Assembly: GCA_946965045.2 (NCBI GenBank)
Contig: OX337232.1
Coordinates: 1,488,001-1,552,000 of the forward strand
Source: Epithemia pelagica
Taxonomy: Eukaryota > Protista > Bacillariophyta
DNA length: 64,000 bases
Direction of reading: 5' to 3'
The notes under the pieces are model-generated. The model worked only from the letters and a program-made list of their open reading frames with translations, did no database searches and was not told the DNA's origin. Of this stretch, positions 10,760 through 21,311 are shown piece by piece. The position numbers were made by a program, and so were the translations under genes. Each line of letters opens with the position of its first letter. The first letter of the stretch is position 1.

Positions 10760-12133
10760 ATGATCTCTTCTTCGTTTTCTCGATGGATGGCTGTCGCAGT
10801 GTTGTGGACTGTTTCGACGACGTCGTCGTCCGAGGCCTTTGTTCCATCGCCACATCAGGGATTGCGTCCCTCTTCCTCGGCCACCTTTTTCTCGACAGAA
10901 ACCAGAACCAATGGTGTCGTTGGAGGCCGCTCTACTTCTACGACGAAAACTCGCTTGTACATGAGCACACGCAATCGAACGAATCGTGATTTTTATGCCA
11001 TTTTGGGTGTGGGTCGAACTGCCGATGCCAAGGAAATCAAGTCGGCCTATCGACGATTGGCCAAACAATACCACCCCGATGCCAATCCAGGTGAAGACAC
11101 GACAGAAAAGTTTCAAGAAATTAATCGAGCCTACGAAGTCTTGAACGATCCCAAACTCAAACAAAAGTACGACATGTTTGGCGAGCAGGGATTGGGCACT
11201 TCGGCCGCTTCCGATGCGGCCGGGGCCGGTTCTCCTTTTGGAGGACCCGGAGGATTTGGACAAGAAGTTGATTTGGGAGATATCTTTGACTCCTTTTTCG
11301 GCGGTGGCGGTGGTGGAATGGGCGGAGGCATGGGTGGTCGAGGCCGAGCTCGATCGGCCGGACCGGTGGTGGGCGACGATTTGCGGTTTGATTTGACGGT
11401 CGACTTTAAGACGGCCGTGTTTGGTGGAGAAGAAAAGGTTCGTATCCGACACTTGGAAACTTGCGATACCTGTTCCGGCACCGGTGTCAAACCGGGCAGT
11501 AAGGTATCAACCTGTTCGACCTGTGGCGGATCCGGTGTCACGGTCCAAGTCACGAGAACGCCGCTTGGAAACTTTCAGACGCAACAAACCTGTCCCACTT
11601 GTCGAGGAACGGGACAAATTATTGAAGAATATTGTGGAACCTGCGGTGGTCAAGGTGTCAACTCCAAATCCAAGCAAATTGCTGTCACCATTCCAGCTGG
11701 TATTGAAGATGGCAACAAATTGCGAGTTCGTGGGGAGGGTGACGCCGGTCCCAAGGGCGGACCGTCGGGTGACTTGTACATTTTTCTCAAGGTGAAACCG
11801 GATCCCCGATTCCGACGGGAGGGTCCTGAAATTTATTCGGAAGAAACCATTTCCTATGTCGATGCCATTTTGGGTGCCTCGGTGAAAACACCGGTTGTGG
11901 ACGGCGAAGTGACCATCAAGGTACCGCCCGGTACACAGCCAGGCCAAGTCATGAGGGTCAAGGGCAATGGTGCGCCAAGATTGGGGAACCCCGACTCGAG
12001 GGGAGACCATTATGTGACCATGAATGTGGAAATTCCAAAGGATTTGTCCAAGGAGGAAGAAGAATTGATCCAAAAACTAAAAGAAGTCCGGGAAAAGAAG
12101 GGCGGCAATGGCTTTTTCAACCGAAAGAAGTAA
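10760..12133 (+). CDS. dnaJ: Plastid type-I DnaJ chaperone
   Basis: ATG 10760, signal peptide ending SEA-FVP, J-domain with HPD, G/F region, four CxxCxGxG repeats and both C-terminal domains. Confidence 0.95.
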   Translation: MISSSFSRWMAVAVLWTVSTTSSSEAFVPSPHQGLRPSSSATFFSTETRTNGVVGGRSTSTTKTRLYMSTRNRTNRDFYAILGVGRTADAKEIKSAYRRLAKQYHPDANPGEDTTEKFQEINRAYEVLNDPKLKQKYDMFGEQGLGTSAASDAAGAGSPFGGPGGFGQEVDLGDIFDSFFGGGGGGMGGGMGGRGRARSAGPVVGDDLRFDLTVDFKTAVFGGEEKVRIRHLETCDTCSGTGVKPGSKVSTCSTCGGSGVTVQVTRTPLGNFQTQQTCPTCRGTGQIIEEYCGTCGGQGVNSKSKQIAVTIPAGIEDGNKLRVRGEGDAGPKGGPSGDLYIFLKVKPDPRFRREGPEIYSEETISYVDAILGASVKTPVVDGEVTIKVPPGTQPGQVMRVKGNGAPRLGNPDSRGDHYVTMNVEIPKDLSKEEEELIQKLKEVREKKGGNGFFNRKK

Positions 12134-12273
12134 ATTTACGAAAAATGTTAGCTATGTAGTTTGATTTTGCTTTCATACGCATGTCTACTTTGAGCCGTTT
12201 TGGTAGAAGTAACCAAAACAACTTAGAGATAATATGTGGAACATGAACGGACAAGTAATGTCTCCTCATTGGA

Positions 12274-14382
12274 TCAAGCCTTTTTCGTGGCCGTAACCAC
12301 ATAGAGTGGATCCCCCACAATGCGCCCGCTGCGAGGATTGCGGACCGACAGGTCCTGCGCATCAATGGTGGCAAACAATTCTGGCTGACAAAAATGCAGA
12401 TAAGATCCTACTGTATAGGCATGATCGACGTCATCGGCTCCTGTCCACAAGGCCACGGCCTTGCTCAAAAACAAGCGATTGGAAAAGAGAATGTGAACGG
12501 CACCTCCAGGACGGAGGATTCGTCCAATCTCACGACAAACCTCCAATGGTTGCGTCAGATAATCAATCGACAATTGACAAAACACAACGTCAAACGAGGC
12601 ATCTTGAAAGGGCAAGACGGGATTGTCATTCAAATCTTGTACGGTCCATTCTGTCAGCGAGGGATTTGCTCTCAATTCATTCGCATTCATACCCAACCCC
12701 GCCACCCGAAGGGGTCTTGTGGTTGCTGTTGTGGTCAACGAGGATGGAAAGTGACTGGTCCAACTGGAACACAAATCAAGTACGGCAACGTCATCCTTTT
12801 GTGTACTGACAACCGTTTTCAACACATTGGCAATATAGGACGTCATGGTTTGCACCGCCTGCTCATCGACATGCTCTACGAATCGAGGTTCTTGATAAAA
12901 CAAGGAATCTTGGGAGGAATCGAGTCGCGCAAACAGTTTGGAATTGCGTTGACTGGTACCATCCAGGACAAAGGGATTGCCGTCGGCTTCCCACTGTTGG
13001 GGAATGGCCGAAGCGATTTCTCCCACATCCGGTAACAAGGTACCTGTCTTGGAGTCGCTGTACATGGCCGACGCTAGCTCAGGAACAAGAACTCGACTAA
13101 TGACTCCAAACAGGCCGACGGATGCTGCCGTGGACAAAAAAGATGCTCGGTCAAGTGCGAGTGGAATTGGTGAGACTGCTGCTGTGGATTTGGGTGTGGG
13201 TCTCAGAATGGAAAAGGAAGAAGACGAGGAGTTTGGCGAATCCGATAAGGATGAAAAGGAGCTGAAAGTGGAGCCATTCTCGGTTCCTGAAGAAACAGTA
13301 GTATCCACGCTTGTGGTTGTGGTGGTGGTTGCTGGTGTCGTTCGTTGTGCGTTGCGGACCAGTTTGCAGGAATATCGATGAATGGGCGAGGGACCGTACT
13401 GACGAATGGCGGCCAAATGGGCCGGTGTCCCATATCCCTTGTGTCGTTCCAAGCCATATTTGGGATACCGTTGGGCCAAGTCGTCCAACAGACGGTCTCG
13501 GGTCACGTGCGCCAGTATTGAGGCCAGGGCAATGGTATAGACGGTATTGTCTCCTCCCACCCATGGACGAGAAAGAACCGACAAGCCCTTGGGAGAGGAG
13601 GGTCCATCCACAATGCTCAATATATCATGACGAAAATCAGTAGTTGACATAGCAGAAGTGGCATCGACTGGTTCTATCGTAGGAAGAGAATCCACCTTGA
13701 GTCCTCGAGTCGGTTCGAGTTCCAGTTCCGTGACTAGTCGTTCAATAGATTCGGCAAAGCAGTCAGCTATTGCATGGGAGACGGATTCAGCGGCATCAAT
13801 CTGTTGAGGCGATCGTATCGAAATAGTCCATTTATAATACTGTGGTTGTTCTTGTATCTGTTGAAAAATTCGGAATCGTTCCCTTCGAGACAAGCGCTTG
13901 CCATCTTCGACACCAGGAATGAACCAGTCAGGTTGAGGAAGACTTGGGTCCTGACGAACCCGGTGTTGAATGCTCCGATTGGTGTTGTTGCAATCTTTCT
14001 CGTTCTTGAGTCCCACAAGACAGCAAGTTGCCGTGACAATGGGACCTGCCAAGCTTCCTGTACCCGATTCATCACTTCCCAAAATGTATCGTTGAGGAAG
14101 ATCGTATTCAACAGCCAAGGGATCTTTTTGACGAGGTGCATGATGGAGGGGTCGATATCGTTGGTGATTGTTGTTGGGGTATATGCTATTCGAACTGGGG
14201 CGCTGTCGTCGCCGTCTCTTGGAAGTGGCATAGCCAGAAACACTCATGCAACCACCAACAGTGGAAACAAGCACAATCCAAACAATGAATCGACCTCCAG
14301 CAAAGTGTCGCTCATCACTGGTGGCGTACGAGAGTAACATATTGCTGGTACAAAACACTAGTAGGCATTGGAACGAGATCAT
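12274..14382 (-). CDS. rnhB: Fusion of a bacterial-type RNase HII (N-terminal half) and a class I SAM-dependent methyltransferase (C-terminal half); start ATG 14382 or 14340
   Basis: One uninterrupted ORF. RNase HII motifs GSDESGTGSLAGP, DGKRLS, IVDG, GGD...IALASILA and KGYGT...HR. Methyltransferase motifs FYQEPRFVEHVD, LDLCSSWTSH, LPFQDASFD and LRPGG. Confidence 0.85.
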   Translation of the reverse strand: MISFQCLLVFCTSNMLLSYATSDERHFAGGRFIVWIVLVSTVGGCMSVSGYATSKRRRRQRPSSNSIYPNNNHQRYRPLHHAPRQKDPLAVEYDLPQRYILGSDESGTGSLAGPIVTATCCLVGLKNEKDCNNTNRSIQHRVRQDPSLPQPDWFIPGVEDGKRLSRRERFRIFQQIQEQPQYYKWTISIRSPQQIDAAESVSHAIADCFAESIERLVTELELEPTRGLKVDSLPTIEPVDATSAMSTTDFRHDILSIVDGPSSPKGLSVLSRPWVGGDNTVYTIALASILAHVTRDRLLDDLAQRYPKYGLERHKGYGTPAHLAAIRQYGPSPIHRYSCKLVRNAQRTTPATTTTTTSVDTTVSSGTENGSTFSSFSSLSDSPNSSSSSFSILRPTPKSTAAVSPIPLALDRASFLSTAASVGLFGVISRVLVPELASAMYSDSKTGTLLPDVGEIASAIPQQWEADGNPFVLDGTSQRNSKLFARLDSSQDSLFYQEPRFVEHVDEQAVQTMTSYIANVLKTVVSTQKDDVAVLDLCSSWTSHFPSSLTTTATTRPLRVAGLGMNANELRANPSLTEWTVQDLNDNPVLPFQDASFDVVFCQLSIDYLTQPLEVCREIGRILRPGGAVHILFSNRLFLSKAVALWTGADDVDHAYTVGSYLHFCQPELFATIDAQDLSVRNPRSGRIVGDPLYVVTATKKA

Positions 14383-14587
14383 CCACAAGCGGCGGTTGCC
14401 ATCATCTCATGGCGCTTTTTGTGCGTCACGATGATGCGCGCTCCATCAGCGAATGAAAAGAGCCCTTTGGTCGCTTTTAAGCAGTCACGTAAAAAAGTAG
14501 TCGTGATTTAGACGTCATCGCAGCCGATTTTGCACCAGATTTCAATTGACCTTTGGAAACGAGAGAGAACGCCATAGCTTGTACATC

Positions 14588-16489
14588 ATGACAGTGTTTG
14601 ACGCTCAAGAACGTCTCTTGGCATCACCTGTTATACTTGTTCCTCCCGCCAACATTGACGGCACAGCGTCACTGGAAAAGGACTACAAAAAGGGACTTCC
14701 CGATGTTTGGGATTTCCGCTTGGAAACCTTGCAACAAGTGGGCCTCGTCCGTCCTCACGCTGCTTCGTCTTCTTCCGAACAAGAACCGAGTTCATTACTG
14801 TCTCTTGCCTGGTCGCCGTTCTCAGTGTCGGAACAAATGCTATACACACTGGTCGAAGAGCATAAGGTTCTAACTATCCAAATTCAAGTCGCAAGTCAAG
14901 CATATGCATCCTACCCAGTGTCGCCCTTGGATGGAACGAAACGTTTGGGAACAGAACATGGTACTGTCAAAACGGATCATCCGTGGAACAGTCCTTCGGG
15001 TGTGACGGTGCTAGTGGAGTTTGGGTCTGATATTTCCTCCGTTTCGTACGAGCACCAAAGGCACCACTTTGGTCGGGTCCTCGATTACATGTTGCGACAA
15101 CGATGGGTCTTGGCCTCCTTGGGGAATTCCGTGGACAGTCGTCGGTTACACCGCCATGTTTCCGCCACTTCTTCCACCAATCACGACAATACCACGACGA
15201 TTATTATGAGCCTGACACTTCCCACGGATGGAGGAGCGGCATTGTCTTCCGAAGGCGTAGAGGCCGTGGCTACCCATTTGTGGCCTTGTCAGGGAAGAAA
15301 GGGCCTTGCAGGTCTTTATTCTAGTACAGAATGGTCCAGTCGATTGCTGGGTACTATGTCCTCCACAAAGTATCCCAAACTACAAACATCACTCGGACTA
15401 GCCGGACACCGCCGTCGAGGATGGTGGATGCAGTTGGATTTGCAGGCATTCTCCCATCACAACCCAAACGATCTCATTTCACTCTCGACGGGCGTGCACT
15501 GGAGTGCCCTGGCAAAACCCATGCTCCCAAAAAATAACAAAAATGACGCTTCTCCTTCCCAGTTCTGGAGCCATGTATTGGGTGTCTCGGAGGAGCAGTT
15601 TCAAAAGACGGTTCAACACTGTCCCATGGTACGAAACACGTCTCTGGAAATCATGGCAGACTCCTTCAAGCCATCAATGGTCGACACCGAACCAAATCAC
15701 ATCAACTGGAGTGCGGTGGACCAACCCTCCCCACGGTTGCAACTCTTTTCTCATTTGGAGCGACCGAATGGGCCTGTAAATCACGGTCGGCTGCTTACGA
15801 CCTTGGAAAATCATGATCCACAGTGTACGGCATCTGTTGACCTCTTTCATGCCATTCCTCGCCTTCTTTTGCATCCCCTGTGGCATTCTTTTGAGGCCAG
15901 TGTTCAAAATATTCACAATGCCCAACCACAAGAAATTGTCATGCCCATGGTAGAATTCCTGCCCGACGACATGTACCTCTTGTCCTTGCTCAATGCCACT
16001 GTGCCACCCCTCAGTCGTGTCACCATGGCATTGGACTACGAACCGGCCTTTTTGCCATCCTTTGAATGGTTTCCGGGTGATGCCAATCGAGGCATTGAAT
16101 TTGCTCCAGCACGGGCCCACGTCAGACTCCAGTGTCCTCCTCCACAACACTCGGAAGCACGCGAATCGACGACAACCACCACACTGTGGTTGTTTGCCGA
16201 ATCCCTCTTGTTTTTGCCACCCCTTCCGGACATGAGCATGCCCTTTAATGTCTTGTCCCTCTCCTGTACCTTGGCCAGTTTTGTCATTGGTGCCTTGCTC
16301 AATTCACTCTTGCGACGAGGACGAGACAAACTCAAGTATGACTTGTATCCGGAATCAAAACCTACTCGCCGAGGGCTGTTGACAAAACTCAAGGACGTGC
16401 TTTCGAAGAAAAAGAAGAAGAACCAGTTGAAAGCATCCAACAAGGACAAGGACAAGGACAAGGAGTCTTCCAAAGTCAAAGTGGAGTAG
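14588..16489 (+). CDS. PIGT: GPI transamidase subunit PIG-T/Gpi16-like
   Basis: C-terminal LPPLPDMSMPFNVLSLSCT followed by a TM helix matches the PIG-T PDFSMPYNV signature. LWPCQGRKGL resembles LLPCxxKAGL. Lys-rich cytosolic tail. Confidence 0.8.
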   Translation: MTVFDAQERLLASPVILVPPANIDGTASLEKDYKKGLPDVWDFRLETLQQVGLVRPHAASSSSEQEPSSLLSLAWSPFSVSEQMLYTLVEEHKVLTIQIQVASQAYASYPVSPLDGTKRLGTEHGTVKTDHPWNSPSGVTVLVEFGSDISSVSYEHQRHHFGRVLDYMLRQRWVLASLGNSVDSRRLHRHVSATSSTNHDNTTTIIMSLTLPTDGGAALSSEGVEAVATHLWPCQGRKGLAGLYSSTEWSSRLLGTMSSTKYPKLQTSLGLAGHRRRGWWMQLDLQAFSHHNPNDLISLSTGVHWSALAKPMLPKNNKNDASPSQFWSHVLGVSEEQFQKTVQHCPMVRNTSLEIMADSFKPSMVDTEPNHINWSAVDQPSPRLQLFSHLERPNGPVNHGRLLTTLENHDPQCTASVDLFHAIPRLLLHPLWHSFEASVQNIHNAQPQEIVMPMVEFLPDDMYLLSLLNATVPPLSRVTMALDYEPAFLPSFEWFPGDANRGIEFAPARAHVRLQCPPPQHSEARESTTTTTLWLFAESLLFLPPLPDMSMPFNVLSLSCTLASFVIGALLNSLLRRGRDKLKYDLYPESKPTRRGLLTKLKDVLSKKKKKNQLKASNKDKDKDKESSKVKVE

Positions 16490-17479
16490 GCAGGGCCGTT
16501 TTCGTTTTCGCTTTGCTGTTGTTGTTCTTTTTGGTTCTCTCTACAGGAAGAACCACTATTCAGCATGACATGACGCTGGAAATACATGATACTATTCTAA
16601 TGTTTTTGTTGGTTGGATCAACTTGATTCATTCACAATGCCTCAAAAGCAAAACGCTGTGGAATGGCCAATGCGAAACCACGCAGTGGGTAAAGTGCTGA
16701 CAGTCAGCATTCCTCCTTGGACAAGAACGGCCCGTGCCCTCTCTCGTTGCAACTGTATTAGACTAGCCCATACACTTGCTTGTGTTGTAACTGCCGACTA
16801 TAGCGTATCCAGTCTAGAGCAAGTGGGTGATGTAAGAATATCTCATACCTTCCTGTTTGTGTTGGCTTTTGTTTTGTTGTGTCTTGGTGCATTTTCCATC
16901 CATTGTCGGGAATAGAAGTCTTGCAATCCAGGCTGGCAGACATGGGCTTCCCAAAACTTTTGCTTGTCGAGATAGGAATAACAGGAGGCACTGGGAGTCA
17001 CACTAAGGGCTGAAACCATGACAATGAGTCGTAGTGACAATGATGATTGGGACAAGGAATCCAGTCGGTTTGTTCCTCGCACAAAGAAACTTCGTCCAGA
17101 CATTTCCGAACCTGATCCTGCACTCGACTCATTGTACTGTCATTCCTGTATCGAATCTCTTTGTAGTTCTTTGGTTTTCAGAGTGTCCCAGAAATTTCTC
17201 TCTGCCATTGCCATTGTAGATGTACTTTTCGATCCTCTCCCACGGGACTACAACTGCACGCGCGACTGCCTTTTGGGGGCATGATCAAAAGGTGAGATAG
17301 CAACCGCGAGGGTTTAATCGAGGGAATCTTTTTTTCTTGTGGGGCGCCAAAAGATTTTGTCGGTCGAGTTTCGCGTTTTGACCATGGTGGAAGGAACGCA
17401 ATCACGACGACCGACAATGCCAACCATAGATCGAAACAGTTCACTGGTATTCCGAGGAAGCTCTTGCCGACGTTCAAGA

Positions 17480-18538
17480 ATGATTTATAGTTTCATTCTT
17501 ATTGGGTGTTGGTGCGCGATGGGATCTTATTCCCTGGTCCTTCCGATCACCACCATTCCACGTCGTCCAATGCCGGGGACGACCCCTTCTTCTTCTTCTT
17601 GCAACTCTTGGTCGTCGCATGCTTCATCATCACCACCACGACCGTCTCGTCTTTCCATAATGACTCGCACCAGGCGCAATATCCTGCAGCTTGGACTCTC
17701 CAACGACAAGGACAACCACGTTCGTCGACCCGCGTCTTCTTCTTCCAACTTGGAAGTGAGTATTCAAACCTTGCAAATGCTGACCAATCCCAAACGACGA
17801 GGACGATTGCGCAACGATATTGCCACAAAGTATCCTCTGGTACCATCCACGTTGATTGACTGGGGCATTGATATGGTCGCTTCCACCTTTTCCTCCCTGT
17901 CTCCCCAGTTGATCCAACAAGCCTTGGAACCCGGTGGCATGAAACAGGTCCGTCCCAAACTCAAAGAGCGAGTCATTACCTTGGCCTTGCAACAAGAAGT
18001 CGTCCAAGATATTCCTTTGTTATCGACCGTCGATAAGCGTCGTGTCTTGGATGCCATTCTCGATGCCATGCTGGATCGGGCCTTGCAAGATGTCGAATGG
18101 ATCTTGTTGCCACCCGAACAACGCTTGCAAAGTTTATACGATGAATTGCACGATATTGCTCATCTCGAAATGACTCGGTGGCAAGTTGTATGGTTTTATC
18201 TGCAACGACCATCCCTGATCGTTTCGCCCTTTTCCAAGACTGTGGCGGGTATCCTGTGGATGGGGACCGCATCTGTCATGGCATGGACCATGGTGCGCCT
18301 TCTTTTGGGGTCCCTACTGACGACATGCATCTCCTCGTGGGTACAATCGACAGTCCTCGCTTCACCCTGGAGTCAGACAGTCGTGACAAACTGTCAAGGA
18401 GTTCTTTCGAACCTTGCTCAAAGCCTACTGTCGACACAAATTGGTTCCTCCCTTTCCTCCCTTGGATTCCTTGGTGGTTTGTTTCCTGCTCCACCACCAC
18501 CCGCTACGGGAGGCTTTTGGAATTGGCTGGTTCGGTAA
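17480..18538 (+). CDS. Hypothetical protein with signal and transit-like peptide and C-terminal hydrophobic helices (probably plastid)
   Basis: ATG 17480 gives MIYSFILIGCWCAMGSYS, then a Ser/Arg-rich stretch, a helical core and a TM-like segment. Confidence 0.6.
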   Translation: MIYSFILIGCWCAMGSYSLVLPITTIPRRPMPGTTPSSSSCNSWSSHASSSPPRPSRLSIMTRTRRNILQLGLSNDKDNHVRRPASSSSNLEVSIQTLQMLTNPKRRGRLRNDIATKYPLVPSTLIDWGIDMVASTFSSLSPQLIQQALEPGGMKQVRPKLKERVITLALQQEVVQDIPLLSTVDKRRVLDAILDAMLDRALQDVEWILLPPEQRLQSLYDELHDIAHLEMTRWQVVWFYLQRPSLIVSPFSKTVAGILWMGTASVMAWTMVRLLLGSLLTTCISSWVQSTVLASPWSQTVVTNCQGVLSNLAQSLLSTQIGSSLSSLGFLGGLFPAPPPPATGGFWNWLVR

Positions 18539-19231
18539 AAGGGTCCAGAATTCGGACCATATTCCATGCGAGTTGTTACAAAACTGTGTTTGGATCTCGT
18601 GCAGTACCGAGCCGAATAATATGGACAAGAAACACCAACGATCCATGGTGTGGTGGCAATCGAACGAGCCTGCTATTACTCGACGCCATTTTGCAGAAAA
18701 AACTGTCATAGTTATACGTGGCAGTACTTCGTCCCATAGAGCCATTTAGAAACACGAGACGTGGTCGAGTGATGTTGTGAACTCCAACCGTTGAGACAAC
18801 AGACCAATGTCTTTTTTTTCAAAAGTTTACATGCAGCTCGAAATCTCTAGAATTGTACCATGGAACGAACTATGTTCTTGTAGGTAGTTTCGTAGGAGAA
18901 GGGGTGTGAAATCTATACAGTGTGTTATTGGGATAGGCGACAATGATGAAATCCCTGCTGGCTGTTGGAGAGGGAGTGTTTCAAAAACAAAACTCCCAAG
19001 GACTGCACATGGTTTGTGGATTGGTAAACGCAGTTTTGTTCCAGAGGATGTGGACCAGGCGCCTCGTTTCGATAGTGTGTGTGTCGAACACATTCCGAGA
19101 GTGAATCACGGCTTTTGGTGCCCATTTCAGTCTCTTTTTCCCATACGAGACAGTTAACCCCCTCTGCCTCACCTTACACGGTCTACCGTGACCTGTGCGT
19201 ACAGGTACAGACGCCTCTCTATGTTTTGTAG

Positions 19232-20878
19232 TTACGCAGGGGTACTGGAATAAAAGTCGGAAAACCCATCGTCATCATCGTCCTCATCCTCCTTGTTGTC
19301 GTGCGGATTGGGAACTGTGGAGGCATTGTTTCCTACACCATGAGCTGGAAGAACATGATTGGGAACGTGTCCTCCTTGTGCGACAATCAAGTGTGCCACA
19401 CGTGTCATGAGATGCGGCACAGTCGGACGTTGGTCGGGTTGTGCGTGCAACAAGGAAGGAATCAAATCGTGGGTCAATTCACGAGAATACCAGGCCGCCA
19501 CGGGCGAGTCGACGGGTGGTTCCGGTACACGGGCATTGAGAATGCGCAAGGTGGTACAATCGACAATTTTGGGTCGTCCGCCCTGATTGTAGGAAAAGGC
19601 ACATTCCATGGGTGAGGCTCCGTACAACATGGCAAAGAGTGTACATCCCAAAGACCAAACATCTACGGCCCGGTAATCCAAAACAGTTCCAACGGACAGG
19701 GATCCTTCCAACAATTCCGGTGGTCGATAGGGTAAGGTGGTGTGTTGTGCGGCCAACTCCACGGCAGACAAAACGTCTTGTCGGCTATTCAACGAAACGA
19801 CCAGTGGTCCCGCCGATCCAAAATCCATCAAAATGGGTTCCTCGTTAAAAGTAGTATCATCCGAAGGGTGCGTTGTGGTACGATCTGTCTGAATCAAAAT
19901 GTTTTCCAATTTGATATCACGATGGGTATAATTGGCTTGATGCAAGGCATGAGCGGCAGAACAAATTCGAAGAAACAAGTGCAACGCATGACTTTCTGAC
20001 CAAGGAGCCTCCGTCAGGTCGGTGCTGGCAGTGCTCTTTGGGGGCCCATGAAATGGCTGCTGGTTTGGTGAATTTGGTGGAGATTCCAGTATTCCGGTGC
20101 GGCGATTGACTTCGTCACGCAAGGAATGGGAACAGAGTGGAAACAACATGAAACAATATTCATTGGTTTTCAAAAATCCCAACAGTGGCATGAGATTGAC
20201 ATGATGAGCCGCATGATGAACATTGGCTTCTTCCATACATGCTTGTCGCAATTCGTCATCGGCACCAATGTAGATTCGTTTCAAGGCATAGTTCTGGTAG
20301 TTGCTATTATTGTTGTTGGAACTGGAAGATGACCGACGATGAGAGGAATTGGAAGGAGGATCTTCTTCGTCGTGACTGGATTTGGAAAAGGCATACCTTG
20401 TGTTGGCATCGTTATTGCTCTTGTCGTCTTGGACCAAGGTCGCTTGAAAGACATAGGAAAAGCCTCCTTCGGCCAATTGAGATCCAATTCGAACTTGCAG
20501 GCCATTGTCTAGGGTAATCACCGGTCCGGTCCATTGATGCCACAAGGAAACCAACATTTGATACCAGGCACACAAGGTCGACCACACGAGCACCCAAATC
20601 ATGTTGGTACTGTGGCGAGTCGTCCTGACAAGGCGCGACACCCACCACGGTCCTTGTTGTTGCCGTGGAGTAGCAGGCGTGACAAACGACGAACTACTAG
20701 AATGCAAGGAAGAAGTTGTGGAAAACGGGCGTCGTCGGTTTCCTCCTCCTTCCACACGCTGTCCTCCTCCTTGGATGGGGGCGTTGTTTGCTGGTGGTGA
20801 AGATGGAATGATGGCAGCAGTCACTGGTTTTCGTAGTCGATGATTCGTGAGAGACTGGGTCGTTCGACGAGGGATCAT
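19232..20878 (-). CDS. Ser/Thr protein kinase, NAK family (STK16/Env7-like)
   Basis: LAEGGFSYVF, YALKRI, HRDIKLEN, DFGS, TLPYRPPEL and DVWSLGC motifs. Likely ATG at 20878. Confidence 0.88.
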   Translation of the reverse strand: MIPRRTTQSLTNHRLRKPVTAAIIPSSPPANNAPIQGGGQRVEGGGNRRRPFSTTSSLHSSSSSFVTPATPRQQQGPWWVSRLVRTTRHSTNMIWVLVWSTLCAWYQMLVSLWHQWTGPVITLDNGLQVRIGSQLAEGGFSYVFQATLVQDDKSNNDANTRYAFSKSSHDEEDPPSNSSHRRSSSSSNNNNSNYQNYALKRIYIGADDELRQACMEEANVHHAAHHVNLMPLLGFLKTNEYCFMLFPLCSHSLRDEVNRRTGILESPPNSPNQQPFHGPPKSTASTDLTEAPWSESHALHLFLRICSAAHALHQANYTHRDIKLENILIQTDRTTTHPSDDTTFNEEPILMDFGSAGPLVVSLNSRQDVLSAVELAAQHTTLPYRPPELLEGSLSVGTVLDYRAVDVWSLGCTLFAMLYGASPMECAFSYNQGGRPKIVDCTTLRILNARVPEPPVDSPVAAWYSRELTHDLIPSLLHAQPDQRPTVPHLMTRVAHLIVAQGGHVPNHVLPAHGVGNNASTVPNPHDNKEDEDDDDDGFSDFYSSTPA

Positions 20879-21311
20879 GCAAAACACACAAGACGAGGAC
20901 GGGAACAACCATGCACGAAAATGGAGAATGAAAGAGAAACAACGGTGTAATTTGAAAGTGTGAATGACCCCATCTCGTCGTTCGGCAAGAATCAAAGCCA
21001 CGTACTCCCAAGCGGATAGTGAGTCATGAGTTTTCGTGACTCGCGTATTTTTGTGTGTTCTTTCTCTCATTCACGAAACCGCTACGACTCACCCTCCGCT
21101 GGAGACTAAAAACCCACGGTGGATTCGTGTGAACGTTTTTAATCACGGACATACGGGACTACGTCGGGTAGAGTACTGCTCCCTCTAGCTTTCATTCATT
21201 GAAGTTAGCCTCTAGAGGGATTACAACTGATCATTAAACGCGACGGATAAGCGATAGGGCAGACGTGTTTTTACCTTCGGCGAAGGTCCCATACTGTTTT
21301 TGATTTCTACC

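Noticed and set aside
17030-17180. In-frame TGA codons as possible selenocysteine
   Set aside because: No redox motif context (CxxU/UxxC) and no SECIS that I could identify.
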